Part shown: positions 31,641 to 41,583 of the stretch, piece by piece
Position numbering within the stretch: position 1 is the first letter of the stretch
Layout: each line of letters starts with the position of its first letter
Source: Alphaproteobacteria bacterium
GTDB taxonomy: Bacteria; Pseudomonadota; Alphaproteobacteria; UBA828
DNA: 64,000 nucleotides
Direction of reading: 5' to 3'
Assembly (NCBI GenBank): GCA_963422645.2
Contig: CAXXVO010000015.1
Span: 163,363-227,362 of the forward strand
The notes under the pieces: model-generated
Databases searched by the model: none
The model's input: only the letters and a program-made list of their open reading frames with translations
Told to the model about the DNA's origin: nothing
Program-made: the position numbers and the translations under genes

Positions 31641-33254
31641 CCCGGATTATTCGCATCGGGTCTGATTTTGGGGTGGCGGACGTAGCGTAAGCCGTTGCCA
31701 TCGGGTAGGAATTCGTTGTCGAGGCGTCTTCCTCTCCGAACAACGAAAGCGCCACGCCCACCATGACCGACGATAGCTCTCTCCCCTTCGATCTGCCAAG
31801 CGTTCAACGCAAGAAGGTGAGCGCCGCCTTCGATGGCGGTCTGATCTCGTCCGACGGCGGCCTCGTCCTGTTGCGCGAGGCGGAGCGCTGCTTAGGCTTG
31901 GCCGAGACCCTGGCAGGCTGCATCCGGGATCGGCGCAATCAGGCGCAGGTGGTTCACTCGCTCCCGGCCATGCTCCGCTTCCGCATGCTGGCGATCGCCT
32001 GCGGTTACGAAGATGCCGACGACTGCGACGCGCTGCGCGCGGACCCGCTGTTCAAGCTGGCGTCAGGAAAGGCGCCGGAGAGCGGGGGCGCGCTCTGCTC
32101 GCAGCCCACCATGAGCCGCCTGGAGAACGCGCCGTCCCGCATCGAGGTGGCGCGGATGACGGCGGCGCTGGTCGATCTCTTCTGTCGCTCCTTTCCCGCC
32201 CCTCCCGCTGCCATCACCCTCGATATCGACGACACCTGCGATGCCGTGCACGGCCACCAGCAGCTCTCGCTCTTCCACGCCCATTACGACACGCGCTGCT
32301 TCCTGCCCGTTCACGTCTATCATGTGGAAAGTGGCAAGCCGGTGGCGGTCCTCCTGCGCCCGGGAAAGACGCCGTCGGGGTCCGAGGTCCGCACCCTCGT
32401 CAAGCATCTGGTCCGCCGCATCCGCCGGCACTGGCCGCGCACCCGGATCGTCTTCCGGGGAGACGGCCACTACGGCCGCACGCAAGCCATGGCCTGGTGC
32501 GAAGAGAACGGCGTCGACTACATCTTCGGCCTCGCGGGCAATCGCGCGCTGCACGCTCTCGCATACGAGGCGGCCGACGATCTCAAGGTCCGCCGCGCAG
32601 AGGCCGGCGCAGACAGGATGCGGGCCTTCGCCACCTTCGCCTACGCCGCCCGCTCCTGGGACCGCGAACGCCGGGTCGTCGCCCGGCTCGAGGCGAGCAC
32701 GCGCGGCTTCGATGCCCGCTATATCGTCACCTCGCTCAGCGGTGATCCCCGCCGTCTCTACGAAGACGTCTACTGCGCCCGCGGCCAGGCCGAAAACCTG
32801 ATCAAGATGCACAAGGGCCAACTCGCCTCGGACCGCACCTCCTGCCAGAGCCCAACCGCCAACCAGCTCAGGCATGGTCCTGCACACCGCAGCCTACTGG
32901 CTCATGCTCACCCTGCGCGACACCATCCCCCGTGCCGCGCCCCTCGCCCGTGCACAGTTCGCAACCCTGAGGCTGCGCCTCCTCAAGATCGGCGCCCGCG
33001 TCATCGAAAAGGCCACCCGCGTCCGTATCCACTTCACATCGGCCTGCCCGGATGCTGCTCTCTTCCGCCTTCTGGCAGGCCGTCTCGCCGCAGCAGGTCC
33101 CTGAGCACCGGGGCGCTGTTCCCCGATCACCCAAGCTCGTTCAACCCTCAACCCAATAACGACCACCCTCAGATCCCGGCGCCAAACGGCGTCAGGCCCC
33201 GACGCGACCCATCAACCGAGCCTCAAGTGCAAGGCAGTCCATGAATAGGGCGGG
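31641..33254 (+). mobile_element. IS1380-family element
   Basis: IR CCCGGATTATTC/GAATAGGGCGGG; CTAG duplicated (31637, 33255). Confidence 0.92.
31763..33104 (+). pseudogene. IS1380 transposase with a frameshift near 32873
   Basis: FDGGLISSDGG, LDID, RGDG, YCARGQAENLIK; C-terminus VLHTAAYWLM is in another frame (mutation or sequencing error). Confidence 0.85.
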
Positions 33255-35348
33255 CTAGCCTCGAGCGACGTCCTTCCATTGCTGCCGAAGGGCTACTACG
33301 GCCTGCCCACGATCCTGCTCTTCCTGGCCTTCATGACCCTGGCGCGGGTGCGCAACCCCGAGAGCCTGCGCTACCAGCCGCCGGGCGAATGGGGCGCCAT
33401 CCTCGGCCTCGACCGCTGCCCCGAGGTCAAGACGCTGCGGCGCAAGATCGCTCTCATCGCCAACGACGAGGTGAGCGTTCGGGCCTGGCAGCTCGCCCTT
33501 GCCAGGCGCTGGCAGGCCGACGAGCCGGAGCTCTGGGCGACGCTGGCCATCGACGGGCACGTCAAGGTCTACTCCGGCCGCAAGGGGCGCTTGCCCAAGC
33601 ACTTTGTCTCGCGCGAGAAGCTGTGCCTGCCGGCGAGCGCCAGCTACTGGATCAATGCCCTGGGCGGCAAGCCCCTGCTCTGTCTGCACAAGCCGCTGGA
33701 CCCGAAGATGGTCGCGGCCATCGAAGCCGACGTGGTGCCGGCGCTGCAGGAGCTTGGGATCGTTGGCGCCGGGGCGCCGGACCTGACCGCCGAGCATCCC
33801 GGCCAGCCGGCGCTCACCCTGGTCTTCGACCGCGAGGGCTGGAGCCCGGATCTGTTCCGCCGGCTGGCGAGGCGCGGCGTCGCCTGCCTGACCTGGCACA
33901 AGAACTTCAGGGGCGAGGACTGGCCGGCCGAGGACTTCGGCGCGATGACCGTTCCCATTCACGGACCGGCGGCGGACGGCAGCGCCACCATGCGGCTGGC
34001 TGAGAAGCCGGTGACGTTGCCGAACGGCTTCAGGGTGCGCCAGATCCGCCGCCTGCTCGACAACGGCCGTCAGGTGCCGCTGATCACCACCGATCCGCAC
34101 AAGCCGATGGCTGAGGTTGCGGGCGCCATGTTCTCGCGCTGGTCGCAGGAGAACTTCTTCAAGTACATGCGTGACGAGTTCAATCTCGACGCCCTGCCGA
34201 CCCACGAGCTCGAGCCTCTCGATCCCGCCGCCATGGTCGTCAACCCGCTGCGGCGGGCCTATGACAAGGCAATCCATCGCCTCGACCGCCAGCTTGGCCG
34301 CCTGCGCAACCGCATCGCCGACACGGCCCGGAAGAAGCAGCCGACGGCGGAACTCAGGAGGGAAGTCAGGGACCTCCAGGATGTCCGCGACATCGTCAGG
34401 GCCAGCCGCAGGGAGACGCCCAAGCACTGCCGGGCCGGCGACCTCGACGAAGCCGAGCAGCTCGATGCCTTGCCCGCGCGCGAGCGCCTCCTCCTCGACG
34501 TCATCCGGATGATCGCCTACCGCGCCGAAACCCGCATGATGCTTCCCGTCATGCAGGCGCAGGGCCACAAGCCCCATCCCCGGAAACTGCTTCAAGCGCT
34601 GCTCACCGCCGATGCCGACATCCTGCCGGATCCTGGCAATGGCCTCCTGCGGGTCCACATTCTTGGCCTCGCAAACGACGCCTGCGACCGTTGGATCGAT
34701 GCGGTTCTGAGCGACCTGAACGCCACCGAAACGGTCTTCCCCGGCACCCGTCTGCGCATAGTCTACGACATCGACGGGGCCTCGGAATCCGCGCGGCTCG
34801 TGTCACCCAAAATCAGCAGAGGTCAGGAAGTCTGAATTTCTGCCAGCTTCGCGCGTCTGATATGTGCCTCGTCCCAGGCTTCAATGAGGCCGGGGCGACA
34901 AAGCCCCGGAATTATCATCCGCCGCGCGGCGAATGACATGGCAGCCAACCTGCTTCAATGAGGCCGGGGCGACAAAGCCCCGGAATTCGCGCAAAGTGCG
35001 GCGGCCGTGCTACGCAACGCGCCCGCTTCAATGAGGCCGGGGCGACAAAGCCCCGGAATTTACTCGATCCGTCTTGTCGGCAGTGTGCATTCTGTCGCTT
35101 CAATGAGGCCGGGGCGACAAAGCCCCGGAATTCACAAAGTTGAGCGGCATCGAGGCCGATGCGTTGACGCTTCAATGAGGCCGGGGCGACAAAGCCCCGG
35201 AATTTACGCGAGAAGCGGCGCAGAGTACCACGGCCATTGCGCTTCAATGAGGCCGGGGCGACAAAGCCCCGGAATTCATGTGAAGGAGAAGGACGATGGA
35301 AGAAGTTGAAGCGCTTCAATGAGGCCGGGGCGACAAAGCCCCGGAATT

Positions 35349-35593
35349 GCCCTACGTTGCAACCTGCTGAGGCTGGGACTGAAATTCGCACGATTTCGAG
35401 CGGCTCGCCGCCAGCCGCCTCAAGACTACGGTCAGGTCTCGACTCGATACCTTCACGATGTCAAAGAGCTCAACGAAATCAGGACTCAGCGCCGAATCGA
35501 GCGCTCCCCGGCACACCCTTGCTGCCACACCGCTCGAAATCGCGCGGCGACAGGTATAGCCCATCCTCGGCACTCCACAGCCGGTGGGCAACA
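35349..35593 (-). promoter_or_regulatory. CRISPR leader
   Basis: Non-coding gap between cas2 stop and first repeat. Confidence 0.7.
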
Positions 35594-35887
35594 TCATATC
35601 ACGACCGCCTCCCTCTCGATGACGCTGAAGGTTTTGCCGATGCTCTCGACCACGAGCGCGCTCCGGTCCGCTGGTCCGACATCAATCAGCAAGACGTGAT
35701 CTTCCCCCGCCTTGACGAGTTCGCGAAGCTGCGTTTCAAGCTCGGCCCGCCGGCGCCGCGACAGGCGGCACTGGAAGACGGAGAGCTGAAGCCATTCGCC
35801 AAAGCCGTTCATGGTTTTGAAGACGCGGCGCCAGCGCCGGGCATCGGCGATGTCGTAGGTGACAATGTAGGTCCTTTCGTCGCTCAC
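35594..35887 (-). CDS. cas2: Cas2
   Basis: GTG start; YIVTYDIAD...GEWLQLSVFQC. Confidence 0.95.
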   Translation of the reverse strand: MSDERTYIVTYDIADARRWRRVFKTMNGFGEWLQLSVFQCRLSRRRRAELETQLRELVKAGEDHVLLIDVGPADRSALVVESIGKTFSVIEREAVVI

Positions 35888-35895
35888 GGCGGGCC

Positions 35896-37626
35896 TCACC
35901 TGGGCAGATAGTGGGGGCATGACGGCAACTCCCCTAGCAGGTGCCGGCCGAGCAGCCTTGCCTGCAACACCAGCAAGCGGCGCATGCTGAGACGGTAACC
36001 GAACAGCGGGTGTGTCGTCTCCTGCGAGAGTCGCCGCTCGAAGGCGGCGACGAAGCGACGGCGGCCGGCCGCGCTGAGAGCGGTGCCGGTGGTGCCGGAA
36101 ACGAAATCGGTCGCCGAGACCTCGCCGGTATTGACCGCCGTGAGCACCACCGAATCGGCGATTACCGGCCGGAAGGGCTCCATCAGATCGAGAGCCAGCG
36201 CCGGCCTGCCGTGGCGCAGGGCGTGGAACAGGCCGCGGTAAGGATCGAGGCCGACCGAGGCGAGTGCGACGGTCACGTGCCGTGTCAGCATCGCATAGGC
36301 CAGCGACAGCATTGCGTTTACCGGGTCGGTGGGCGGGCGGCGGTTGCGTGCTTCGAAGTGGAACGGTGCCAGATCCTCGACCCTGTTCTTCTCCGCTGCC
36401 GGCGGTGCCAGTAGCCCGGCGAAGGCACGGAAGTAGGTCGCCGCGGCATCGCCTTCATAGCCTAGCAGCGCCGCAAGTGAAGACGCGCGCATCGTCCCGC
36501 GGCGCACCGCGTCGAGCCGGTCCAGCACCGGCTTTCGCTCTTCCTTCGTCCCCCGCCAGTTGCGGCGCAGGATTGTCCGCTGGTTCACGATCTTGGCGGC
36601 GACGAGGTCGCGCGCGAAGCGCAGGCAGGCGGCTTCGTCGAAGCTCGCCCGGTACTGCGCGGTGCGCACCTCTACGTTGCGACTGCCGAGGCCCTGGGTC
36701 ACGCCGCGAAACCAGCCGCCGTGACTGTGGAAGGTGACCGGAATGTCACGCTCCATCAGTGCTGCGAGCGCGGGCGTGGTAATGGCGACGTTGCCGAAGA
36801 GCGCCACGTCGGAGACCTCGATCAGGCGCACCGTGGTGTCCCCCTGCTCCTCGTCGGCGATCTTGAGGGTATCGCCCGTCTTGGTGATGCGCGCCCGCTG
36901 CGATTGCACGACCAGCGGCAGCGCCTCGTCGGCCGGCACGGCGATGGGGCGGGGCGCGAGGTCCGAGCCGCCGAGCGCGTTCATCTCGTCCGGCAGGCAG
37001 ACCGAGACCAGGGCGCAGCGCGGGCACTTCGGGCTGTCCCGGAGAGGCGGCGGGATGCGGCCGTGGGCGACCGTGAGGCGCAGCCGGCTCACCGCGTCGC
37101 GCGTCGCGTTCCGTAATTCCTCGTCGAGAGCGACGCGCACCCGCTCGCGGCTCTCGGCGTACCAGATCGCGCCTTCCTCCACGCGGTAGCCGTGCTCCTC
37201 CAGCAGCAGCGCCTGGAGGCAGACCTGGACGCGCTCCGGCTCGTAGACCCCGCGCGCGACGTGGGGGCGCTTGCCGCGCTTGTAGTCGACCGGCGTCACC
37301 ACGCCGTCTTCGGCCTCAGCGATGTCGATCTTCGCGATCACGCCGAGCCGCTCCGAGGAGAGGGTGAGCGCGCGGCTTGCAGTCTTGTCCGGCGTGTCCT
37401 CCAGCGCCCCGGGCGCCGGCAGGGGCGCGCTCGCGCGATCCACGCGGGCGTGGACGCGGCGCCCCTCCACCGTGTCACCGGTCTCCGCCCACTCCGCCTG
37501 TGCCCACATGAGATAGGAGAGGCGCGGACAGTAGACAAACTCGTTCACCATCCGCGCCGGCACCAGCGGCACGTCGCCAGTGGCCGGCGGCGCAGGGAGC
37601 GAGAGCTCGAGCTGGGTGTGAGTCAG
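35896..37626 (-). CDS. cas1: Cas4-Cas1 fusion (start uncertain: CTG 37626 or GTG 37572)
   Basis: Cas4: YCPR, KID, DYKRG, CPRCALVSVC; Cas1: EGDAA, RNRRPPTDPVNAMLS, LDLMEPFRP. Confidence 0.93.
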   Translation of the reverse strand: MTHTQLELSLPAPPATGDVPLVPARMVNEFVYCPRLSYLMWAQAEWAETGDTVEGRRVHARVDRASAPLPAPGALEDTPDKTASRALTLSSERLGVIAKIDIAEAEDGVVTPVDYKRGKRPHVARGVYEPERVQVCLQALLLEEHGYRVEEGAIWYAESRERVRVALDEELRNATRDAVSRLRLTVAHGRIPPPLRDSPKCPRCALVSVCLPDEMNALGGSDLAPRPIAVPADEALPLVVQSQRARITKTGDTLKIADEEQGDTTVRLIEVSDVALFGNVAITTPALAALMERDIPVTFHSHGGWFRGVTQGLGSRNVEVRTAQYRASFDEAACLRFARDLVAAKIVNQRTILRRNWRGTKEERKPVLDRLDAVRRGTMRASSLAALLGYEGDAAATYFRAFAGLLAPPAAEKNRVEDLAPFHFEARNRRPPTDPVNAMLSLAYAMLTRHVTVALASVGLDPYRGLFHALRHGRPALALDLMEPFRPVIADSVVLTAVNTGEVSATDFVSGTTGTALSAAGRRRFVAAFERRLSQETTHPLFGYRLSMRRLLVLQARLLGRHLLGELPSCPHYLPR

Positions 37627-37631
37627 CGCAC

Positions 37632-38621
37632 CTAGCCTTCTTCGGTCACCGTCTCGGCTCTCGTAAAATTCATGTACTTGCCGACGTGAATTCTTCGTGC
37701 GCAGCGGCGTTCAGCGATGCCGAGCGCCGCGCGCGTATCTCTGCGGTCGAGGTGCGGATGGCCGATCAACGCCCGTATGCCTGCAAAACTGATTGGTTCG
37801 CGCCAAATTGGCCAACCAAGCGTGATGAGACGATCAATATCACGCCCCCCACCAAGGATCGAAAGTTCCGTTTCACCGAATTGTTTCCGTGGGACGACAG
37901 TCAGAACAGAAAGGCCAATAGCAGCCAGCCTGTTGGCCCCATGTTGCGTGGGTTCCTTATCGTCAGTTGGAGCGCTCCAGCGTAGCGCGTGACGAGCGTC
38001 TTCAATTGGATCCCATCTGAAGGCACTCGTCTTGTCCTGTCCATCCGTCCTGTCTGATCTCTCCCAAGTCTTGAACAGTGCTTCATACAAACAATCATAC
38101 TCGGAAATCTCGACCTTCTTTCCAGTGGATTTGCGCTTGGGCGGCGTTCGGCGATTCGCGACTGACTGGAAGGTCTTGAGGAAATTTGTTTGGCCAGTAC
38201 CGAGAAGACACAAAGGTGTAGCCCTCGTTTTCCCCTCCTTGTCAATGACAACATCGCTGAGAAGCGCTGCCCATAAATCAGCGCTGTAGCGATCACGAAC
38301 CGAGTTTTCAGCGGCGTCTTGAAGCCTCTCCTTGGCACGTTCTGAGGGAATCTTAAGATCCTTAAGATCATCGAAATCATGGTGTTGCGCAAGCGCATTA
38401 AGTCCTTTGGCAACCGCCTCGATCACAGCGTCCCGACCCGCCGCATCCGGGACCCGAAGCGCCGGGCGAAGCGGCGGCTCATTTACCGTCCAGGACACGC
38501 GCGGGTGCCAATCGGGGCGGGCCTCTTCGACGGTGCGCATCAGACCCAGCAACGCCATGAAGGCGAGCAGGTTGTCGGGCTCCAACCCGTCGAGACGATG
38601 ATCCACTTGGCTGGCTGTCAT
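37632..38621 (-). CDS. csb3: Type I-G large subunit (short Cas8g/Csb3-like)
   Basis: LDGLEPDNLLAFMALLG N-terminus, FRWDP, GANRLAAIGL; between cas3 and cas4/1. Confidence 0.78.
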   Translation of the reverse strand: MTASQVDHRLDGLEPDNLLAFMALLGLMRTVEEARPDWHPRVSWTVNEPPLRPALRVPDAAGRDAVIEAVAKGLNALAQHHDFDDLKDLKIPSERAKERLQDAAENSVRDRYSADLWAALLSDVVIDKEGKTRATPLCLLGTGQTNFLKTFQSVANRRTPPKRKSTGKKVEISEYDCLYEALFKTWERSDRTDGQDKTSAFRWDPIEDARHALRWSAPTDDKEPTQHGANRLAAIGLSVLTVVPRKQFGETELSILGGGRDIDRLITLGWPIWREPISFAGIRALIGHPHLDRRDTRAALGIAERRCARRIHVGKYMNFTRAETVTEEG

Positions 38622-41581
38622 GACGCGCCCTCCTCGTCCTCTGACGCTCGGTGGTCAGCGAGGCGCAGGATCGTCTCTAGATGGGCCAATCCCCAAGCCC
38701 CGTGACGGCGCTTGAGTCCCTCGAACAGAGACGGCCAATCCGCACCGCTAAAGTCGAACGCCAACGAATGCGGTCCCGGCTCAGCCATCGCAAGTCGCCA
38801 CTCGTCGACACCGAGGCACGGAAGAGGCTTCTGCTCGGACGCCGGATCGAGGAAGTTGAAGAACGGTCGCCCAAATCCGTGATGGCTGCCGATCAGCCAG
38901 AGCACGAGGGCGGGATCGTGCGCGTCCGCAAAGCGGGGGTGCGCCCGCGCCATCCGCACCGAGAGCGCTTCGTGTCGCCAGCCCTTGGGCAGCCCGGTGC
39001 GCTCCCCCGCGCTCGGCAACCAAGGCCGCCCGCTCTTGGCCAGCGGCGGTCCATCGGGTCGGTTCCAAGGATCGCCGCCCGATAGCATGGTCTGGAACCG
39101 CGGGTCCGCCTTGCCGGCGTCGTGGAGGAATGCCGCAAGCCAAAGGTCGTCGGCGACATCTTCGAGGCCGAGCGTCTCGGCAAATCGTTCGGCGAAGTCG
39201 GCGACCCGGCAACCGTGATCGTCGAGGGACACTGGTTCGGCGGCGGTGTTTGAAATGTTGTCGTCTTCGGTCGCAGGCGCACCCAACTCCGGCGAGCGCC
39301 CGCATCGGACTCCGTGCACCGCGACAAGTACGGCGCCACTCCCTCGCCCCCCGCCATACGGAAAATGAACGTCGATCCGTTTTCTAGCGCGTCGCAGCAC
39401 TTCCAGGGTTTCCAGCGTTTCCCTCACGTCGAAGGTTGGTGGGCCGTCATCGCCCGCTCCCTCGCCGTCCTTCATCGTTCCGGCAGGGGGCAGTGCGTCG
39501 AGCAGATTTTCCACCAGATCGAGGCCAGCGACGCCATCGTCCGCGAGCATCGTCGAGAGCCGGTCCCATTGGGCATCGGTTCTTACGATGTCGGGCGCGA
39601 TCCGAACCGCGCATCGCCGTCCCCACCAGGGTTTCGCAGCAGCATCGGCAACATCCTTGACACGACGGATGGACTCGGGCGCCCAGCCGAACGCGTCGCA
39701 ACCACCGTACTCGGCCGGGACGATCACCATGTCGCCCGGTCGCAGCGCCTTCGGCTCCACTACACCCGTACGCGGATCGTCGGCGCCGGCCCAGCAGAAG
39801 GCGGGTCGCCCCTCCCGTCGATTCCAGATCGCGCCCGACTCGTCGGGCGCGCGTTCCGGCGCATCTGACAGGTGGGTCGGCTCATCCCGCACTTGGTGCA
39901 GCCATGTCCGGGCGGCCCAAGGCGGCACCTCGACCGCCTCGGCGGCGCGTGGCGGGAAGAGACGGACCAACTCGTGCAAATCGCTTGATGAGTCACCCTT
40001 TAGGTCGTCCTCGGAGATATCGCCGCGCCAGATGATGGAGATGCTGGCGGCCGTCCGCTCCGGGCCATGCAGGAAGAGCGAGACCTCGGGCTCTGCTGCC
40101 GGTCGCGGGCATGTCTGCGACCACAGATCGAGGTAGGCCGGCATGACAACCGGGGCGTCCGGCCGTTGCGCCACGAGGCTGTCCTGATCGATGCCAGCCT
40201 CCTCGAGCCGCTTGGGCAGCGCCTCGACACCGAAGTCCACATTGCCGTCTGTAGCGATCCCTTGAAGCGCCTCCCACGTCAGGCGGATGCGGTCGCCATA
40301 GACCGGATCGTCGGCCTTCTTGGTGATATCCTCGGAACGGCCCAGGATCGCGCCCTCGGCAGGAACCGGCCGTCCGGCACGGTTCAGTCGACCAAAGCGC
40401 TGGCGCAGCGAGTCGAGGGATGCGGCCTGGGTCACCAGCCCGTCCAGGTCGAGATCGACACCGACTTCCAGACACTGGGTGGCGACGACGAACAAAGGGC
40501 TGGCTTCTGAGCGGATCTTGGCGTCCGTTTTTAAGGGGGCAAGTTTCTCCGTGATCCCGAATCGGTCCACGTCGCGGGAGCGGCCGATCAGCAGGATCGC
40601 ATCGTCGACGCCATCGTTCGGGTCATCGCCATCTTCGCGCTTTGGATCGATCTCCTCATAGATCATTCGCGCCAGAGCGACACGATTGACGACGATACCG
40701 ACGGCGGGCGGCGAAACCCCTCGCTCCTTCAGCCGCCCCATCATCGCGCGGGCGGTCTCGGCGAAGGCCCGGGCGACGACCGCGTCCTTGCCGCTCTCGA
40801 CCGTCAATGCTGCGGGCTTGGGTGCCTGGAGCCGCTTCGTCAGTACGGGATGAGCGCGATCCGCCGGCGATAGCGGCGGGAAAGGCCGCTTCGCCGTTGC
40901 TCCCGGCGTGGCGGACAGGAGGGCCAACTTGATCTTGGCGCCGCCCACGCACCGAACGGCAGCAAGCGTCTGTCGGAACGGTTCGGATAAGTGCGCTTCG
41001 TCTAGAAGGATGAGGCTGTTCATGCCGAGCAGGCCGGCGTGGACAGGCTTCATACGGTCCGATACGCCATAGCCACGGAACAGCAGCCGCGAGCCGACCT
41101 GATCGACGGTGGAGCAGAGGATCGTCGGTTGCGTCGGCGTGCGGGCCCAATCGTGCTCCAGCGGTGCGCCGCCGCGAAGCCGCTGGGCGATCAGCGGCTT
41201 CGCGTCTTCGCCCGCAAGTCGGCGCAGCCGGCAGGCGACCTCCTTGAGGATGTCATCGACGTCGGCATCGGAAAGTAGGGCGCCATGCAGCGAATTGACG
41301 ATCCTTTCTGCGTGCGCGAACGCATCGTCCACCACTAGGCGCCGATCCACGACGAGCGCAATCCGCAAGGCAGCTTTTCCCGGCTCATCGGCGCGCAATG
41401 CCAGATGGAACACGGCCGCATCCAAGGCCGCAGTCTTCCCCGCACCCGTTGGCAAGTCCAGCACGTCCGGCCATTCGTCACTTTCGGCGAGCTGTTCGAC
41501 CAGGGCCTGTTGCCAGGGGAACGGGTCGTGGTCGTGGATCGCCCGAAAGAACCCGGAGAAGTCGGAAGGACCGAGTACCAT
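38618..41581 (-). CDS. cas3: Type I-G Cas3 (helicase with C-terminal HD nuclease)
   Basis: PFPWQ, LPTGAGKT, DEAH, SAT, QRFGRLNRAG; C-terminal LHDAGK, WRHE, SHHG, LAD. Confidence 0.95.
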   Translation of the reverse strand: MVLGPSDFSGFFRAIHDHDPFPWQQALVEQLAESDEWPDVLDLPTGAGKTAALDAAVFHLALRADEPGKAALRIALVVDRRLVVDDAFAHAERIVNSLHGALLSDADVDDILKEVACRLRRLAGEDAKPLIAQRLRGGAPLEHDWARTPTQPTILCSTVDQVGSRLLFRGYGVSDRMKPVHAGLLGMNSLILLDEAHLSEPFRQTLAAVRCVGGAKIKLALLSATPGATAKRPFPPLSPADRAHPVLTKRLQAPKPAALTVESGKDAVVARAFAETARAMMGRLKERGVSPPAVGIVVNRVALARMIYEEIDPKREDGDDPNDGVDDAILLIGRSRDVDRFGITEKLAPLKTDAKIRSEASPLFVVATQCLEVGVDLDLDGLVTQAASLDSLRQRFGRLNRAGRPVPAEGAILGRSEDITKKADDPVYGDRIRLTWEALQGIATDGNVDFGVEALPKRLEEAGIDQDSLVAQRPDAPVVMPAYLDLWSQTCPRPAAEPEVSLFLHGPERTAASISIIWRGDISEDDLKGDSSSDLHELVRLFPPRAAEAVEVPPWAARTWLHQVRDEPTHLSDAPERAPDESGAIWNRREGRPAFCWAGADDPRTGVVEPKALRPGDMVIVPAEYGGCDAFGWAPESIRRVKDVADAAAKPWWGRRCAVRIAPDIVRTDAQWDRLSTMLADDGVAGLDLVENLLDALPPAGTMKDGEGAGDDGPPTFDVRETLETLEVLRRARKRIDVHFPYGGGRGSGAVLVAVHGVRCGRSPELGAPATEDDNISNTAAEPVSLDDHGCRVADFAERFAETLGLEDVADDLWLAAFLHDAGKADPRFQTMLSGGDPWNRPDGPPLAKSGRPWLPSAGERTGLPKGWRHEALSVRMARAHPRFADAHDPALVLWLIGSHHGFGRPFFNFLDPASEQKPLPCLGVDEWRLAMAEPGPHSLAFDFSGADWPSLFEGLKRRHGAWGLAHLETILRLADHRASEDEEGAS

Positions 41582-41583
41582 GC

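Larger units (their letters stand above)
30682..34834 (+). mobile_element. Unclassified DDE-type IS inserted at a repeat/spacer junction; contains nested IS1380
   Basis: 17-bp IR CAGACTTCCTGACCTCT/AGAGGTCAGGAAGTCTG; AATTT duplicated (30677-30681, 34835-34839). Confidence 0.88.
30836..34835 (+). pseudogene. Large putative transposase (two HTHs + DDE), interrupted by IS1380
   Basis: KEGLL|ASSDVLPLLPKGYYG rejoins in frame; IDGH, FDREG, RWSQENFFK. Confidence 0.8.
30645..35348 (-). CRISPR. Type I-G CRISPR array, 8 identical 36-bp repeats, split by a transposon after the distal repeat
   Basis: + strand repeat GCTTCAATGAGGCCGGGGCGACAAAGCCCCGGAATT at 30645, 34878, 34952, 35025, 35097, 35169, 35241, 35313; spacers 36-39 bp; hairpin CCGGGGC/GCCCCGG. 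Confidence 0.97.

Noticed and set aside
30604-35312. Spacers targeting the neighbouring prophage or conjugative genes
   Set aside because: No match noticed by eye; not exhaustively tested, needs alignment.
34915-35391. ORFs with repeated FRGFVAPASLK peptide
   Set aside because: Translations of the CRISPR repeats.
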